Shown one piece after another: positions 1 through 9,625 of a stretch of 39,570 nucleotides of DNA (positions are counted from its first letter, which is position 1; each line of letters opens with the position of its first letter). The notes under the pieces are model-generated. The model saw nothing but the letters and a program-made list of their open reading frames with translations, made no database searches and had not been told where the DNA came from. The position numbers were made by a program, and so were the translations under genes. Where the stretch lies: contig JAXJVR010000041.1 of assembly GCA_036308405.1 (NCBI GenBank), positions 1-39,570 on the forward strand, given 5' to 3'. The stretch is from Acutalibacteraceae bacterium (GTDB lineage: Bacteria > Bacillota > Clostridia > Oscillospirales > Acutalibacteraceae).

Positions 1-1661
1 CCTATATAATCGTAAAATTCCATTATAGAGGGTGACACCACCGAATGAAAAGCGTTTATGCAAGGATAACCCAAATACATACCCGTGTTGTCGATGCCGT
101 CATAAACATCAATTCTGAACTCGCTGTCATCATCAAGATAAACTTCACCCTCAATCAGTTCATCTATCATAACGCCTTTTACATCATAAGAATGGGTGCG
201 CCCCATAGCTATAAAAATGTTTCCGTAAAGAACAGAAATAACGCAAACGCAGGCAATGGCACAGCGGTAAAATTTAGTCCGGTTTGATTTTAAAAGCATC
301 AAAAGCGGTTTTTGAATAAGAATACATATTATTGCGATAAGACTTGTTATCCAAAAGCGCAGCATATATACGCCGTCATCGCTTTGTGTGTAAAGGCCGA
401 AGACGATTTTATCATCAATCTTTTGCGGAAAAAAGCCAATAACAAGCACAAATGCAAGCGTTATTGCCGTGTTCCACCTGAATCCGCTTGACCAATCAAC
501 CGTGCTGTCCTCGGTAAGCATAACGGTAGCAAGGCAAATCATAAGCACCGGCATATAAAACCAGCGCGCATAGTAAGAAGTGTTAAAAGCATAAAACGCG
601 CTGTTAAGTATGGGCACCATTGCGCAAAGCACGCATACCGCAAGCACGCGCTTAAGCCAACTTTTTTCGCGTGTTTTAAACCATACAAAAAATCCGGTCA
701 TACTAAACACGGGCAACCATCCGCCCAAGGAAGACCATTTTACATTTGCGTTTGGAAAAAATACCGGCCTTGCCGGCAAATCCGGCGGAAAGAAAAAGCA
801 CTGAATTACATTAAGATAAATTTGCTCTTTGCCGTAGGTTATGCCGTTCCAACCCATAAGTATGTTTGAAACGCGCGAATTACCCATTATTGCGTTAAGC
901 GCAGGCAACAGCAAAACAGCCGAAAGCGCAAGGCCCAAAACCGCCTCAAGCAACAGCACCGCAAACCGCGAAAATTTAACCTTTACAGCCTTTGAACCCA
1001 CACGAATAAAGAAATAAATTACGCAAAATACCACCATACCGAAAAAGAAAAAATAGTTTGTAATCGCGCACATTGCGACTGCCAAAGCAAAGACTCCGCG
1101 GCGGTTTTCGGTAATAAGCAGTTCCATTGCAAGCAATAAAAGCGGAAAAACAATTATTGCTTCGTGAAAATGGTTAAAAAAGATATTATATATTGAAAAT
1201 CCCGAAAAAGCATAAAGCAAGCCGCCGAGACACGCGGCATTTGCCGTTTTTGTAAAACGACGAATATACAAATACGCCGTAAGCGCGGCACAGGCAAATT
1301 TTAAGATAAGCAACGGCCCCATAAGATAAGGCACAAAGCTGTTGGGAAAAATAAGCGTTATCCAGAAAAAAGGACTGCCCAAAAGATAAAAAGCGTAAGA
1401 CCCCACAAAATCAGAGCCTAAATCGGTAAGCCAATTCCAATTTATATCACCCGTGCGAATTGCGTTATGACACATTTGATAAAAAGGTATTTGCTGAACA
1501 TTAAAGTCACCGTAAAATGTAAAATACCCGTCGCCTGAAATCATATACGGAACAAAAAGACAAGCCGCAACTCCGAGAGCCAGCAAAAAAGTAAAAAGCC
1601 GTTTTTCTTTTTGGGGGCGCAATGTTGTCATTTTGGCATAAGAAAAGGTCATAGCGAGCAT
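1..1661 (-). CDS. YfhO-like polytopic membrane protein; N-terminal ~553 aa, with the C-terminus running off the window start
   Basis: Not in the ORF track because it has no in-window stop. My own reverse-complement translation from ATG at 1661 (RBS AGAGGTGA just upstream) gives MLAMTFSYAKMTTLRPQKEKRLFTFLLALGVAACLFVPYMISGDGYFTFYGDFNVQQIPFYQMCHNAIRTGDINW... I hand-checked 1441-1661 as an open, very hydrophobic frame; openness down to position 1 is inferred, not checked. The N-terminal pattern resembles the YfhO family (PF09586) from memory. Confidence 0.55.
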   Translation of the reverse strand, partial: MLAMTFSYAKMTTLRPQKEKRLFTFLLALGVAACLFVPYMISGDGYFTFYGDFNVQQIPFYQMCHNAIRTGDINWNWLTDLGSDFVGSYAFYLLGSPFFWITLIFPNSFVPYLMGPLLILKFACAALTAYLYIRRFTKTANAACLGGLLYAFSGFSIYNIFFNHFHEAIIVFPLLLLAMELLITENRRGVFALAVAMCAITNYFFFFGMVVFCVIYFFIRVGSKAVKVKFSRFAVLLLEAVLGLALSAVLLLPALNAIMGNSRVSNILMGWNGITYGKEQIYLNVIQCFFFPPDLPARPVFFPNANVKWSSLGGWLPVFSMTGFFVWFKTREKSWLKRVLAVCVLCAMVPILNSAFYAFNTSYYARWFYMPVLMICLATVMLTEDSTVDWSSGFRWNTAITLAFVLVIGFFPQKIDDKIVFGLYTQSDDGVYMLRFWITSLIAIICILIQKPLLMLLKSNRTKFYRCAIACVCVISVLYGNIFIAMGRTHSYDVKGVMIDELIEGEVYLDDDSEFRIDVYDGIDNTGMYLGYPCINAFHSVVSPSIMEFYDYI

Positions 1662-1739
1662 TTCACCTCTGATTTTTAAATATTTAATATTGATATTATA
1701 ACAAAAAATGTTATAATATTCAATAAGGAAGTGGTAAGT

Positions 1740-2312
1740 TTGTCAAGTCATTTTTACGCTATGCTGTCAAGAATGAAATATATACAGCGCTGGGGTCTTA
1801 TGAGGAATACCAGACAGGAAAATTTAAGCGAACACAGTCTTGAAGTCGCTTTTATTGCCCACGCGCTCGCAATAATCAGAAACCGCCGTTTCGGCGGAAA
1901 TATAGACGCCAATGCGGTTGCGGTTGCCGCTATGTTTCACGATACATCCGAAATTATCACAGGTGATATGCCCACACCGATAAAATATTATAACGAAGAC
2001 ATAAAAAGCGTATACAAAGAAATCGAATCGGTAGCAGAAAACCGACTGTTAGAGTTACTGCCCGAATATATGCGCGAAGATATGTCAGCCGTTTACAATA
2101 TAGACAGCGAAAGCCGAAAAATCATAAAAGCGGCGGATAAAATATCAGCGCTGATTAAGTGTATCGAAGAAAAAAACAGCGGAAACCGTGAATTTACAAC
2201 CGCCGAAAAAAGCACGCGCGACGCAATTAAAGCACTTAATTTGCCCGAGGCCGATGCCTTTTTAGAAGAATTTACCGACAGTTTTTCGCTGACTCTCGAC
2301 GAACTGAAATAA
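1740..2312 (+). CDS. yfbR: HD-domain 5'-deoxynucleotidase, YfbR-like
   Basis: SHFYAMLSRMKYIQRWGLMRNTRQENLSEHSLEVAFIAHALA...FHDTSEIITGDMPTPIKY is near-colinear with E. coli YfbR as I remember it ([21 protein letters not shown]...). The RBS AAGGAAG at 1724-1730 favours the in-frame TTG at 1740 over the track start at 1731. Confidence 0.85.
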   Translation: MSSHFYAMLSRMKYIQRWGLMRNTRQENLSEHSLEVAFIAHALAIIRNRRFGGNIDANAVAVAAMFHDTSEIITGDMPTPIKYYNEDIKSVYKEIESVAENRLLELLPEYMREDMSAVYNIDSESRKIIKAADKISALIKCIEEKNSGNREFTTAEKSTRDAIKALNLPEADAFLEEFTDSFSLTLDELK

Positions 2313-2319
2313 GATTATA

Positions 2320-2356
2320 AAAAAAGATGTGAAACCTATGTTTCACATCTTTTTTA
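2320..2356. terminator. Bidirectional Rho-independent terminator
   Basis: AGATGTGAAAC/ctat/GTTTCACATCT is an 11-bp perfect stem flanked by an A-run and a T-run. It lies between convergent genes. Confidence 0.7.
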
Positions 2357-2581
2357 CCTTTTCGGAAACTCTAAATTATCAGGCAGTCCCAAAACATAAT
2401 CTGCCGATATTCCTAAATAAAGACAAACTTTCTTTAAATGTGTTATCGGCATTAAATTTATACCCTTTTCATAACGGGCATATTGTTGTTGCTTAATACC
2501 CAAATAATCGGCAACTTGTTTTTGAGTTTTGTTTTGTGTTTCACGCTCAAACTGAATAATTTCATTGTAATACATAACCAA
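2354..2581 (-). CDS. XRE-family helix-turn-helix transcriptional regulator (75 aa)
   Basis: KTQKQVADYLGIKQQQYARYEKGINLMPITHLKKVCLYLGISADYVLG is a typical Cro/C1 HTH. It starts 6 nt after the ABC ATPase stop. The start is uncertain (TTG at 2581 or ATG at 2575) and the RBS is weak. Confidence 0.7.
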   Translation of the reverse strand: MVMYYNEIIQFERETQNKTQKQVADYLGIKQQQYARYEKGINLMPITHLKKVCLYLGISADYVLGLPDNLEFPKR

Positions 2582-2586
2582 AAATA

Positions 2587-3378
2587 TTACTGCTCCGAAA
2601 GCAACATACGGTCATTTGTAAGTGCTTTGCCTGCGGCCTCCTTAAACTTTTCAAGCAGGTCATTTACGGTAAGACCGTGTCGCTCATCACCGCTTACGTC
2701 AAATATAATGTTACCGTTGTTCATCATAAGCGTGCGGTTACCAAGCTCTAACGCCTGCGCCATATTATGAGTTATCATAAGGCAGGTAAGATTATTTTCA
2801 TCAATTATTTTTTTTGTAAGCTCAAGCACCTTTTCGGCAGTTGCAGGGTCAAGCGCGGCGGTATGCTCATCAAGCAAAAGTATTTTAGGCGGATTTACGG
2901 TAGCCATCATAAGCGTAAGCGCCTGACGCTGACCGCCCGAAAGCAAGCCAACCGGCTGTTCCATACGGTTTTCAAGCCCCATATCAAGCATTGCTACACG
3001 CTCACGCAATTCTTTTTTTTCTTTTTTTGAAATGCTTCCGAGCCAGCCGCCTTTGCCTGCGGCAAGAGCCAGATTTTCTTCAATGCTCATACCCGGAGCG
3101 CTGCCTCGCATAGGGTCCTGAAAAAGTCTGCCTATGCTTCTTGCTCTTTTAAATTCGGGCATAAGCGTAATGTCTTCACCGTCAAGTATTATTTTTCCGC
3201 TGTCGGTGTAAAAACTTCCGGCAATGGCGTTAAAGAGGGTTGATTTACCTGCACCGTTAGCACCGATTATGGTTATAAAATCGCCCTTATTTACTTTAAG
3301 CGATAAATCTTTTAATGCGGTTTTGGCATTTACCGTTCCGGGATTAAAGGTTTTTGTAATATTTGATATTTCAAGCAT
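2587..3378 (-). CDS. ABC transporter ATP-binding protein (COG1101-type)
   Basis: Walker A GANGAGKST, signature LSGGQRQ and Walker B ILLLDEHTAALD. It overlaps the upstream permease by 8 nt. Confidence 0.9.
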   Translation of the reverse strand: MLEISNITKTFNPGTVNAKTALKDLSLKVNKGDFITIIGANGAGKSTLFNAIAGSFYTDSGKIILDGEDITLMPEFKRARSIGRLFQDPMRGSAPGMSIEENLALAAGKGGWLGSISKKEKKELRERVAMLDMGLENRMEQPVGLLSGGQRQALTLMMATVNPPKILLLDEHTAALDPATAEKVLELTKKIIDENNLTCLMITHNMAQALELGNRTLMMNNGNIIFDVSGDERHGLTVNDLLEKFKEAAGKALTNDRMLLSEQ

Positions 3379-4309
3379 TGCCCCTTCTCCTTTCGCGTCT
3401 GATTGCCATTTTTCGTTTTAACATAGGTATCTGCTTTTTCATATAAGGCGCAGAAATAGCAATAATAACTATTATTGACGATACGGCTTTAAGCATAAAT
3501 GCCGGCATATTAAAGCGAATTGCTACGGTATAAATAAGTCTGAATATAACCGAGCCCAAAACCGCGCCTACAGCACGCAAAGCAACCTTACCTTTGCCCA
3601 TAAACGCTCTGCCTATAAGCAAAGATGCAAGCGCCATTGTTACCATACCCGAACCTATGTCAATATTAACCGATTTTTGCGACTGTGCCAAAAGGCAACC
3701 CGAAAGAGCCGTAAAAGCATTTGCTACGCAAAGACCTACCGTTGTGGTGAAAATCGGATTTATGGATGATGAACGCACCATATCGGGATTATCGCCTGTA
3801 GCGCGTATTGCAAGACCTAATTTTGTGCGTAAAAAGAGCGATAAGAACACTACAACTGCGGCTACAAACAACACAATTACAATAAGCTTATACTGCTTTG
3901 CTATAAATGTGCCCTCAAGCGCCGTTTTTACCTTTGTGAAAACGGTTTCGGTCTTGTTCATATTAAGTAATGACGAGTTGCCCATAACGGCAATATTTAC
4001 CGAGTAAAGCGCCGTGTTCACAATAATACCCGAAAGCAGACTGTCTATGCCCATTCGTGTTTGCAAAAATGCGGTTATAAAACCCGAAAGCATACCGGCA
4101 AGCATTGCCGCCGGTATGGAAAGTATCGGATGACCGGATATTGCAACCACCGCGCCTACAGTAGCGCCGAGTGTAAAACAACCGTCGGTTGAAAGGTCGC
4201 ATACATTAAGCATTGAATAACTTAAAAACAGTGCCAAAACCGTAAGCGAACTCATAAGTCCGAGTTCAAGGGCAGTTTGCCCTAAACCCAATATAGTAGT
4301 TATATCCAT
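3371..4309 (-). CDS. ABC transporter permease (COG4120-type)
   Basis: 312-aa polytopic hydrophobic ORF located between the binding protein and the ATPase genes. Confidence 0.85.
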   Translation of the reverse strand: MDITTILGLGQTALELGLMSSLTVLALFLSYSMLNVCDLSTDGCFTLGATVGAVVAISGHPILSIPAAMLAGMLSGFITAFLQTRMGIDSLLSGIIVNTALYSVNIAVMGNSSLLNMNKTETVFTKVKTALEGTFIAKQYKLIVIVLFVAAVVVFLSLFLRTKLGLAIRATGDNPDMVRSSSINPIFTTTVGLCVANAFTALSGCLLAQSQKSVNIDIGSGMVTMALASLLIGRAFMGKGKVALRAVGAVLGSVIFRLIYTVAIRFNMPAFMLKAVSSIIVIIAISAPYMKKQIPMLKRKMAIRRERRRGNA

Positions 4310-4330
4310 AAACTGTCAAAATCTCCGTTT

Positions 4331-5353
4331 TTATTCAAATTCTTCTGCTGTTTCAATTCCGTTTACTGCTGTGCAGAAAGGCTCAAATGCAGATTTTACA
4401 TCTTCAAAATTAAGTCCTAATTCATCGCATACATCGGTGTTAACGGTAGCGGTGCCGTTGTCAAAGGTTTTAACCGCCATAGAAGCGGTATCTTTGCCTT
4501 CTATAAGCACCTCGGCTATCATATCTGCGGTTTCACGACCTAAATTTGCATAGTCAACGCCGTAGCCTAAAAACGCGCCGTTTAACGCAAATGAATCTGC
4601 GCCGGTGTAATGCTTAATGCCTGCTTTGGCAAATTTTTCGTATATAGAAAGTTCGGCTGTCATAATGGTGTTATCGGTAGGTGTAAATACAACATCTACT
4701 CCGTCTGCTACAAGTGCGTCAGCCGCAAGCATTACCTCGTCAACGCCCGTTCCGGTGCGTTCTACATATTCTATGTTTTTGCTGTCGAGATATTTTTTAG
4801 CGTCGGCAATAGGTGTTGCGGATGAATCTTGACCTACATCATAAAGCAAACCAACCTTATCAACATCGTTATCAAGCGCAAATATCAGGTTCATAACAGA
4901 GTTTGTATCAAGATAATCGGATGTTCCCGTAATGTTAGCACCGGGCGCTTCAAGCGACTCAACAAGCTCGACAGAAATCGGGTCTGATACAGCCGAGAAA
5001 ATTACCGGGATACCGTTGTCTTCGGTAGCGGACTGCATTGCCATTGCAACCGGTGTTGCAACACCTACCATAAGGTCAACACCGTCGGCAATAAAATCTG
5101 CAATTATCTGTGACATTACATTTGCGTCCGCATTGCAGTTGTCATAAGAAATTTCAAACTTAACGCCCTTTTCGGTCTCAATTTCGGCAAGGCGTGATTT
5201 TATGTTGTCTATTATCTGATTAAGCGATGCATCATCGACATAATTACAAATACCTACCTTATAAGTGGTTTTGCCTGCACTGTTGTTGCTGCCGCAAGCT
5301 GCGAGTGAAAATACCATTATTAAAGCAAGAACTAAACTTATTATTTTTTTCAT
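4331..5353 (-). CDS. ABC transporter substrate-binding lipoprotein (COG2984/ABC_sub_bind type), probable tryptophan-related substrate
   Basis: Signal peptide plus lipobox (VFSLAACGS). It is the first gene after a T-box leader with a UGG specifier. Confidence 0.8.
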   Translation of the reverse strand: MKKIISLVLALIMVFSLAACGSNNSAGKTTYKVGICNYVDDASLNQIIDNIKSRLAEIETEKGVKFEISYDNCNADANVMSQIIADFIADGVDLMVGVATPVAMAMQSATEDNGIPVIFSAVSDPISVELVESLEAPGANITGTSDYLDTNSVMNLIFALDNDVDKVGLLYDVGQDSSATPIADAKKYLDSKNIEYVERTGTGVDEVMLAADALVADGVDVVFTPTDNTIMTAELSIYEKFAKAGIKHYTGADSFALNGAFLGYGVDYANLGRETADMIAEVLIEGKDTASMAVKTFDNGTATVNTDVCDELGLNFEDVKSAFEPFCTAVNGIETAEEFE

Positions 5354-5487
5354 TTTTATCGACTCCTAAAGTAAATTTTAATAAAGATTATGATTATAAA
5401 TTAAATTTGTTAAAATTCAGTTTAAGCTTCGCCATCGTTTAGTTAAAAGTTTCATAAAAGCATCTCCTTAAAAATCAAGGGATAAAA

Positions 5488-5767
5488 AATAAAAAAGCCC
5501 TATCCCTATACTAAATAGGGACAAGACTTTGAAAATACAAATCCTGCGGTGCCACCCTTATTGATGAAATAATCATCCGCTTTGCCTTACACTGATATGT
5601 AAGCTGTTCTGTAACGGGAACACCCCGTTGACTGCTACTCGGCTCTGTGCCTTTCGGTCACCCTCATAAGTCCATTCGCCTTAACATTCACTGCTGCCAT
5701 TTCACCGTCGGCAACTCTCTGAAAGCTTCAAATTAAGGTTACTACTCTTAATCATCGGTTTTTTGTT
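5488..5767 (-). promoter_or_regulatory. T-box leader (tRNA-sensing riboswitch) with a Trp (UGG) specifier and an intrinsic terminator
   Basis: Read on the minus strand. Stem I carries the AGAGAG and GGTGAAA motifs. The specifier loop reads GCGAA-UGG-A, with the codon at 5674-5672. The T-box sequence is TAAGGGTGGCACCGCAGG (5560-5543). The terminator is AGTCTTGTCCCTAT/ttagt/ATAGGGATAGGGCT followed by a U-run (5529-5488). Confidence 0.85.
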
Positions 5768-5773
5768 TTGCAT

Positions 5774-5802
5774 ATAATAACATTATTTGCGAATATTGTC
5801 AA
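5774..5802 (-). promoter_or_regulatory. Sigma-A type promoter for the T-box operon
   Basis: Minus strand TTGACA (5802-5797), 17-nt spacer, TATTAT (5779-5774). Confidence 0.5.
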
Positions 5803-5916
5803 GTGTTTTTTAAAAAATTTTTCAAAGCGCGTATTTATGCTTGAAAAATGTAGTTAAATGTATTATATTATATATTTAGTGTTATAATTTTGTTAATATT
5901 CCTTGGAGGTTTTTAT

Positions 5917-7197
5917 ATGCCCGATTATTTAAAAATGAACAAAGACGAACTTAAAGCAGAGTTCGCCTCGGCAAAAGCCGAGTATGAAAAGTTGCGTTCA
6001 ATGCATCTTTCGCTTGATATGTCACGCGGTAAGCCGGGTGCTGACAATATGGATTTAAGCGAAAAAATGTTTGACCTTGTCGGCAACGACACCGGTTTTA
6101 AAAACATTGAAGGTATTGATTGCCGTAACTACGGCGGCCTTGACGGTCTGCGTGAACTGAAAAATCTTTTCGGTGAAGTTTTAGGCCTTGCGCCCGACCA
6201 GATTATAGTAGGCGGTAATTCATCGCTTAATATGATGTTTGACACCATAGCGCAGGCTATGACGCACGGTCTCGGCGGTGAACCTTGGTGTAAAGAAACA
6301 GGACTTAAGTTTTTGTGCCCAGCGCCCGGTTATGACCGTCACTTTGCGATAACCGAATATTTCGGTTTTGAACTTATCCCCGTAAAGCTTAATGCAGACG
6401 GACCGGATATGGACGAGGTTGAAGAGCTTGTAAAAGACGAAAAGGTTAAGGGTATTTGGTGTGTTCCCAAATACTCTAACCCCGAAGGCATAACCTACAG
6501 TGATGAGGTTGTTCGCCGTTTTGCGCGTCTTAAGCCGGCGGCAAAAGATTTTAAAATCTTTTGGGACAACGCATACTGTATACATGACCTTTATGACGAG
6601 GGCGATACGCTTTTAAATATTTATGACGAATGTCTTAAAGCAGGCAACCCCGATTTGCCCATAATTTTTGCGTCAACATCTAAAATCAGCTTTCCGGGAG
6701 CCGGTGTTGCCGTAGCGGCAGGCAGTCCTAACAATGTGGCAATACTTAAAAGCCGAATGAAATTCCAAACAATAGGACCCGACAAGCTTAACCAACTGCG
6801 ACACGCAAGAATGTTTAAAACAGCTGATGATTTATACGCCCATATGAAAAAGCACGCCGATATTATACGCCCCAAATTTGAAAGCGTATTAACCGAGCTT
6901 GATACCAGAATAAAAGATACCGGCATTGCGCATTGGACAAACCCCAAAGGCGGATATTTCATAAGCCTTTATGTTTTACCGGGTTGCGCAAAGCGTGTTG
7001 AACAACTTTGTGCAAACGCAGGTCTTATATTAACACCGGCAGGCGCCGCCTATCCCTACGGCAAAGACCCCGACGACTCAAACCTTCGCATAGCGCCGAC
7101 ATATCCGAGTGCAGAAGAAATTAAAACCGCAGCGGTTATTCTTTGTTCGGCGGTTAAGGTTGCGGCTCTTGAAAAACTGCTTGACGGTAAAAACTGA
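5917..7197 (+). CDS. PLP-dependent aminotransferase, class I/II fold
   Basis: 426 aa from the ATG at 5917, which is preceded by GGAGG. The track start at 5890 lacks an RBS. Features include LDMSRGKP, a GGNSSLN-type motif and the TSKISFPGAG lysine region. Substrate is unknown. Confidence 0.8.
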   Translation: MPDYLKMNKDELKAEFASAKAEYEKLRSMHLSLDMSRGKPGADNMDLSEKMFDLVGNDTGFKNIEGIDCRNYGGLDGLRELKNLFGEVLGLAPDQIIVGGNSSLNMMFDTIAQAMTHGLGGEPWCKETGLKFLCPAPGYDRHFAITEYFGFELIPVKLNADGPDMDEVEELVKDEKVKGIWCVPKYSNPEGITYSDEVVRRFARLKPAAKDFKIFWDNAYCIHDLYDEGDTLLNIYDECLKAGNPDLPIIFASTSKISFPGAGVAVAAGSPNNVAILKSRMKFQTIGPDKLNQLRHARMFKTADDLYAHMKKHADIIRPKFESVLTELDTRIKDTGIAHWTNPKGGYFISLYVLPGCAKRVEQLCANAGLILTPAGAAYPYGKDPDDSNLRIAPTYPSAEEIKTAAVILCSAVKVAALEKLLDGKN

Positions 7198-7203
7198 TTT
7201 GGT

Positions 7204-7232
7204 TTGACTTTAACGGCATTATTTAGTATAAT
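7204..7232 (+). promoter_or_regulatory. Sigma-A type promoter for secDF
   Basis: TTGACT (7204-7209), 17-nt spacer, TATAAT (7227-7232). Confidence 0.5.
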
Positions 7233-7282
7233 ATACTAATCGCATAAACAATGCATATAAACAAATTGGAGGTTTTAAAAAA

Positions 7283-8665
7283 ATGAAGTCTAAAACTGCT
7301 CACAAGTCGACATTTTTTGTAATCCTCGCGCTGATTTTAGCCCTTACATATCTGGCTTTCTTCGGCATTGAGAATTACCACGGCGACACAAGACAGATTT
7401 ATGTAAAAGGCGCTAAAGATATCCGTTGGGGTATCGATATAAGCGGCGGTGTTGAGGCGGTTTTCAGCCCCGATATCGAAGATGTCGAAATAACCGAAAA
7501 CGATATGGACTCTGCAAAAGCGGTTATAGAGACCCGTCTTGTAAACAACAACATAACCGATTATGAGGTTTATGCCGACAATCACAATCATCAGATTATT
7601 GTCCGCTTCCCTTGGAAAGCAGACGAAAGTGATTTTGACGCGCAGGCCGCTGTTCAGGAACTCGGTGAAACCGCAATGCTTACATTCTGCGCAGGTCAGG
7701 ATAACACGAATATTATTCTGCAAGGCTCGCAGGATATTAAATCTGCATACGCCGGCGTTCACCCCGAAGATTCTACAAAGCCTATCGTGGCGCTTGAACT
7801 TACCGACCAAGGCACAGCAAAGTTTGCCGCAGCTACACAGACATATCTCGGTCAGACCATTTCTATTTGGATGGACGATGTGATGCTTTCAGCACCCACC
7901 GTTAACACCGTTATAACAAACGGCTCGGCTTATATTGACGGTATGGAAAACGCCGATGAAGCGCTTGACCTTGCAAACAAAATCAACGCCGGTTCGCTTC
8001 CGTTTGCGCTCACCGTTGACGAAAGCAAGTTGCAAATCATTTCACCGTCACTCGGTTCTGATGCGCTTCGCGTTATGCTTATTGCAGGCGCTATCGCGTT
8101 TACAACAGTTTGCATCATTATGATTGCGCGTTACCGCGTAAACGGTGTTATTGCCGCTATTGCGCTACTTGGTCAGCTTGCGGGCACAATAGCTTGTATA
8201 TCAGGCTTCTTCCCCGGAATTTCAAGCTTTACGCTTACAATACCGGGTATTGCGGGCATCATACTTTCGATAGGTGTCGGCGTTGACTGTAACGTTATCG
8301 CGGCAGAGCGTATCCGTGATGAGTTTAAACGCGGCAAGACAATTGACAATGCAATAGCAGCAGGTTACAAAAACAGTTTAAGCGCTATTATCGACGGTAA
8401 CGTTACCATAGTTATCGTATCAATAGTTCTTATGGGCGCTTTCGGCTCACCCGACGGTTTCTTGGGCACACTCTTCTCACCGCTTATGTCATTGTTCGGC
8501 GCATCAATAACAGGTTCGATTTATTCGTTCGGTTACACACTTTTAATCGGCGTAATATTCAATCTTGTTATGGGCGTTCTTGCTTCTAAAGCTATGCTTC
8601 GCAGTATTTCACAATTAAAGTTTATGCGCAAACCTGCTTTTTACGGAGGTAAGAAAAATGGCTGA
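7283..8665 (+). CDS. secD: Protein translocase subunit SecD
   Basis: N-terminal TM segment, a large periplasmic-type domain and a C-terminal 5-TM block (LGSDALR...SIGVGVDCNVI). It overlaps secF by 8 nt. Confidence 0.9.
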   Translation: MKSKTAHKSTFFVILALILALTYLAFFGIENYHGDTRQIYVKGAKDIRWGIDISGGVEAVFSPDIEDVEITENDMDSAKAVIETRLVNNNITDYEVYADNHNHQIIVRFPWKADESDFDAQAAVQELGETAMLTFCAGQDNTNIILQGSQDIKSAYAGVHPEDSTKPIVALELTDQGTAKFAAATQTYLGQTISIWMDDVMLSAPTVNTVITNGSAYIDGMENADEALDLANKINAGSLPFALTVDESKLQIISPSLGSDALRVMLIAGAIAFTTVCIIMIARYRVNGVIAAIALLGQLAGTIACISGFFPGISSFTLTIPGIAGIILSIGVGVDCNVIAAERIRDEFKRGKTIDNAIAAGYKNSLSAIIDGNVTIVIVSIVLMGAFGSPDGFLGTLFSPLMSLFGASITGSIYSFGYTLLIGVIFNLVMGVLASKAMLRSISQLKFMRKPAFYGGKKNG

Positions 8666-9575
8666 TAAAACTATTAACACAAAAAAATGCTTTAAAATCG
8701 TTATGATTGTTTATGCCGTTTTATTTGTTATAGGCATAATAATGACTGTTGTCTTCGGTCCTAAACTTGACATTAACTTCAGCGGCGGCACAAAGATTTC
8801 TTATTCATACACAGGCGAAATTGCCGAAAATGACTTTAAAGACACCGTAGCTACCGCTCTTGATAAAGAGTTTACCGTCGGAAAAAACACATCTCTTGCA
8901 GGTGATGTTAACTCTTATGTAATTACTCTTGCAGGCAAAAACTCTATCTCGGCTGAAACGCAAGAAAACATCACACTTGCTTTGGAAGAAAAGTTTGCCG
9001 ACAATGAAATTGAGCTTTACGACTCAACCTCCATCAGTCCTACAATAGCCGGCACATTCTTTATTAAAAGCTTGGTAGCGGTTCTTATAACGGCAGTGCT
9101 TGTTATAATTTATGTCGGTATCCGTTTCAGAAAAATAGGCGGTGTATCGGCTGCGATTACAGCGTTCTGCGCACTTATACTCGACCTGCTTGTTGCGTTC
9201 TTTATATGCGTAATATTCAGACTGCCGATAGATATGAACTTTATGGCTGTAGTTCTTACAATTCTCGGTTATTCGCTTAACGATACAATAGTTATCTATG
9301 ACCGTGTCCGTGAAAACAAACGCCTCCACCCCGAACTTTCGGTTGGTGAAAATATGGATTTGAGTGTTTCAAGCACACTTGTTCGTAACATAGTTACAAC
9401 CGTTACAACCGTTTGTGCCGTGCTTACAATAGTTGTTGTATCCGAAGTGTTCGGTCTTACATCATTGCGTTCGTTTGCAATACCCATGGCATTCGGTCTT
9501 GTATCAGGCTGTTTCTCATCATTGTTTGTATCAGGTCCGTTGTGGGTAATATACAAAGAAAGAAAAGCAAAATAA
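8658..9575 (+). CDS. secF: Protein translocase subunit SecF
   Basis: DINFSGGT motif and a C-terminal RND-like TM block (GYSLNDTIVIYDRVREN). Confidence 0.9.
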   Translation: MADKTINTKKCFKIVMIVYAVLFVIGIIMTVVFGPKLDINFSGGTKISYSYTGEIAENDFKDTVATALDKEFTVGKNTSLAGDVNSYVITLAGKNSISAETQENITLALEEKFADNEIELYDSTSISPTIAGTFFIKSLVAVLITAVLVIIYVGIRFRKIGGVSAAITAFCALILDLLVAFFICVIFRLPIDMNFMAVVLTILGYSLNDTIVIYDRVRENKRLHPELSVGENMDLSVSSTLVRNIVTTVTTVCAVLTIVVVSEVFGLTSLRSFAIPMAFGLVSGCFSSLFVSGPLWVIYKERKAK

Positions 9576-9589
9576 CATTTTTCAAGCTT

Positions 9590-9625
9590 AAAGCCGTGCG
9601 GTAATTCACCGCACGGCTTTTGTTT
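9590..9625. terminator. Rho-independent terminator after secF
   Basis: GCCGTGCGGT/aattc/ACCGCACGGC followed by TTTTGTTTT. Confidence 0.7.

Noticed and set aside
45-804. Two short plus-strand ORFs (80 aa and 64 aa) at the window start
   Set aside because: They lie antisense to what appears to be a long open membrane-protein frame (YfhO-like) on the minus strand running off the window edge.
7337-7810. A 157-aa minus-strand ORF inside secD, plus other 60-130 aa antisense ORFs inside the aminotransferase, pnp, malQ, PASTA and dac genes
   Set aside because: All of them overlap strongly supported genes on the opposite strand or in another frame and lack RBSs and motifs.
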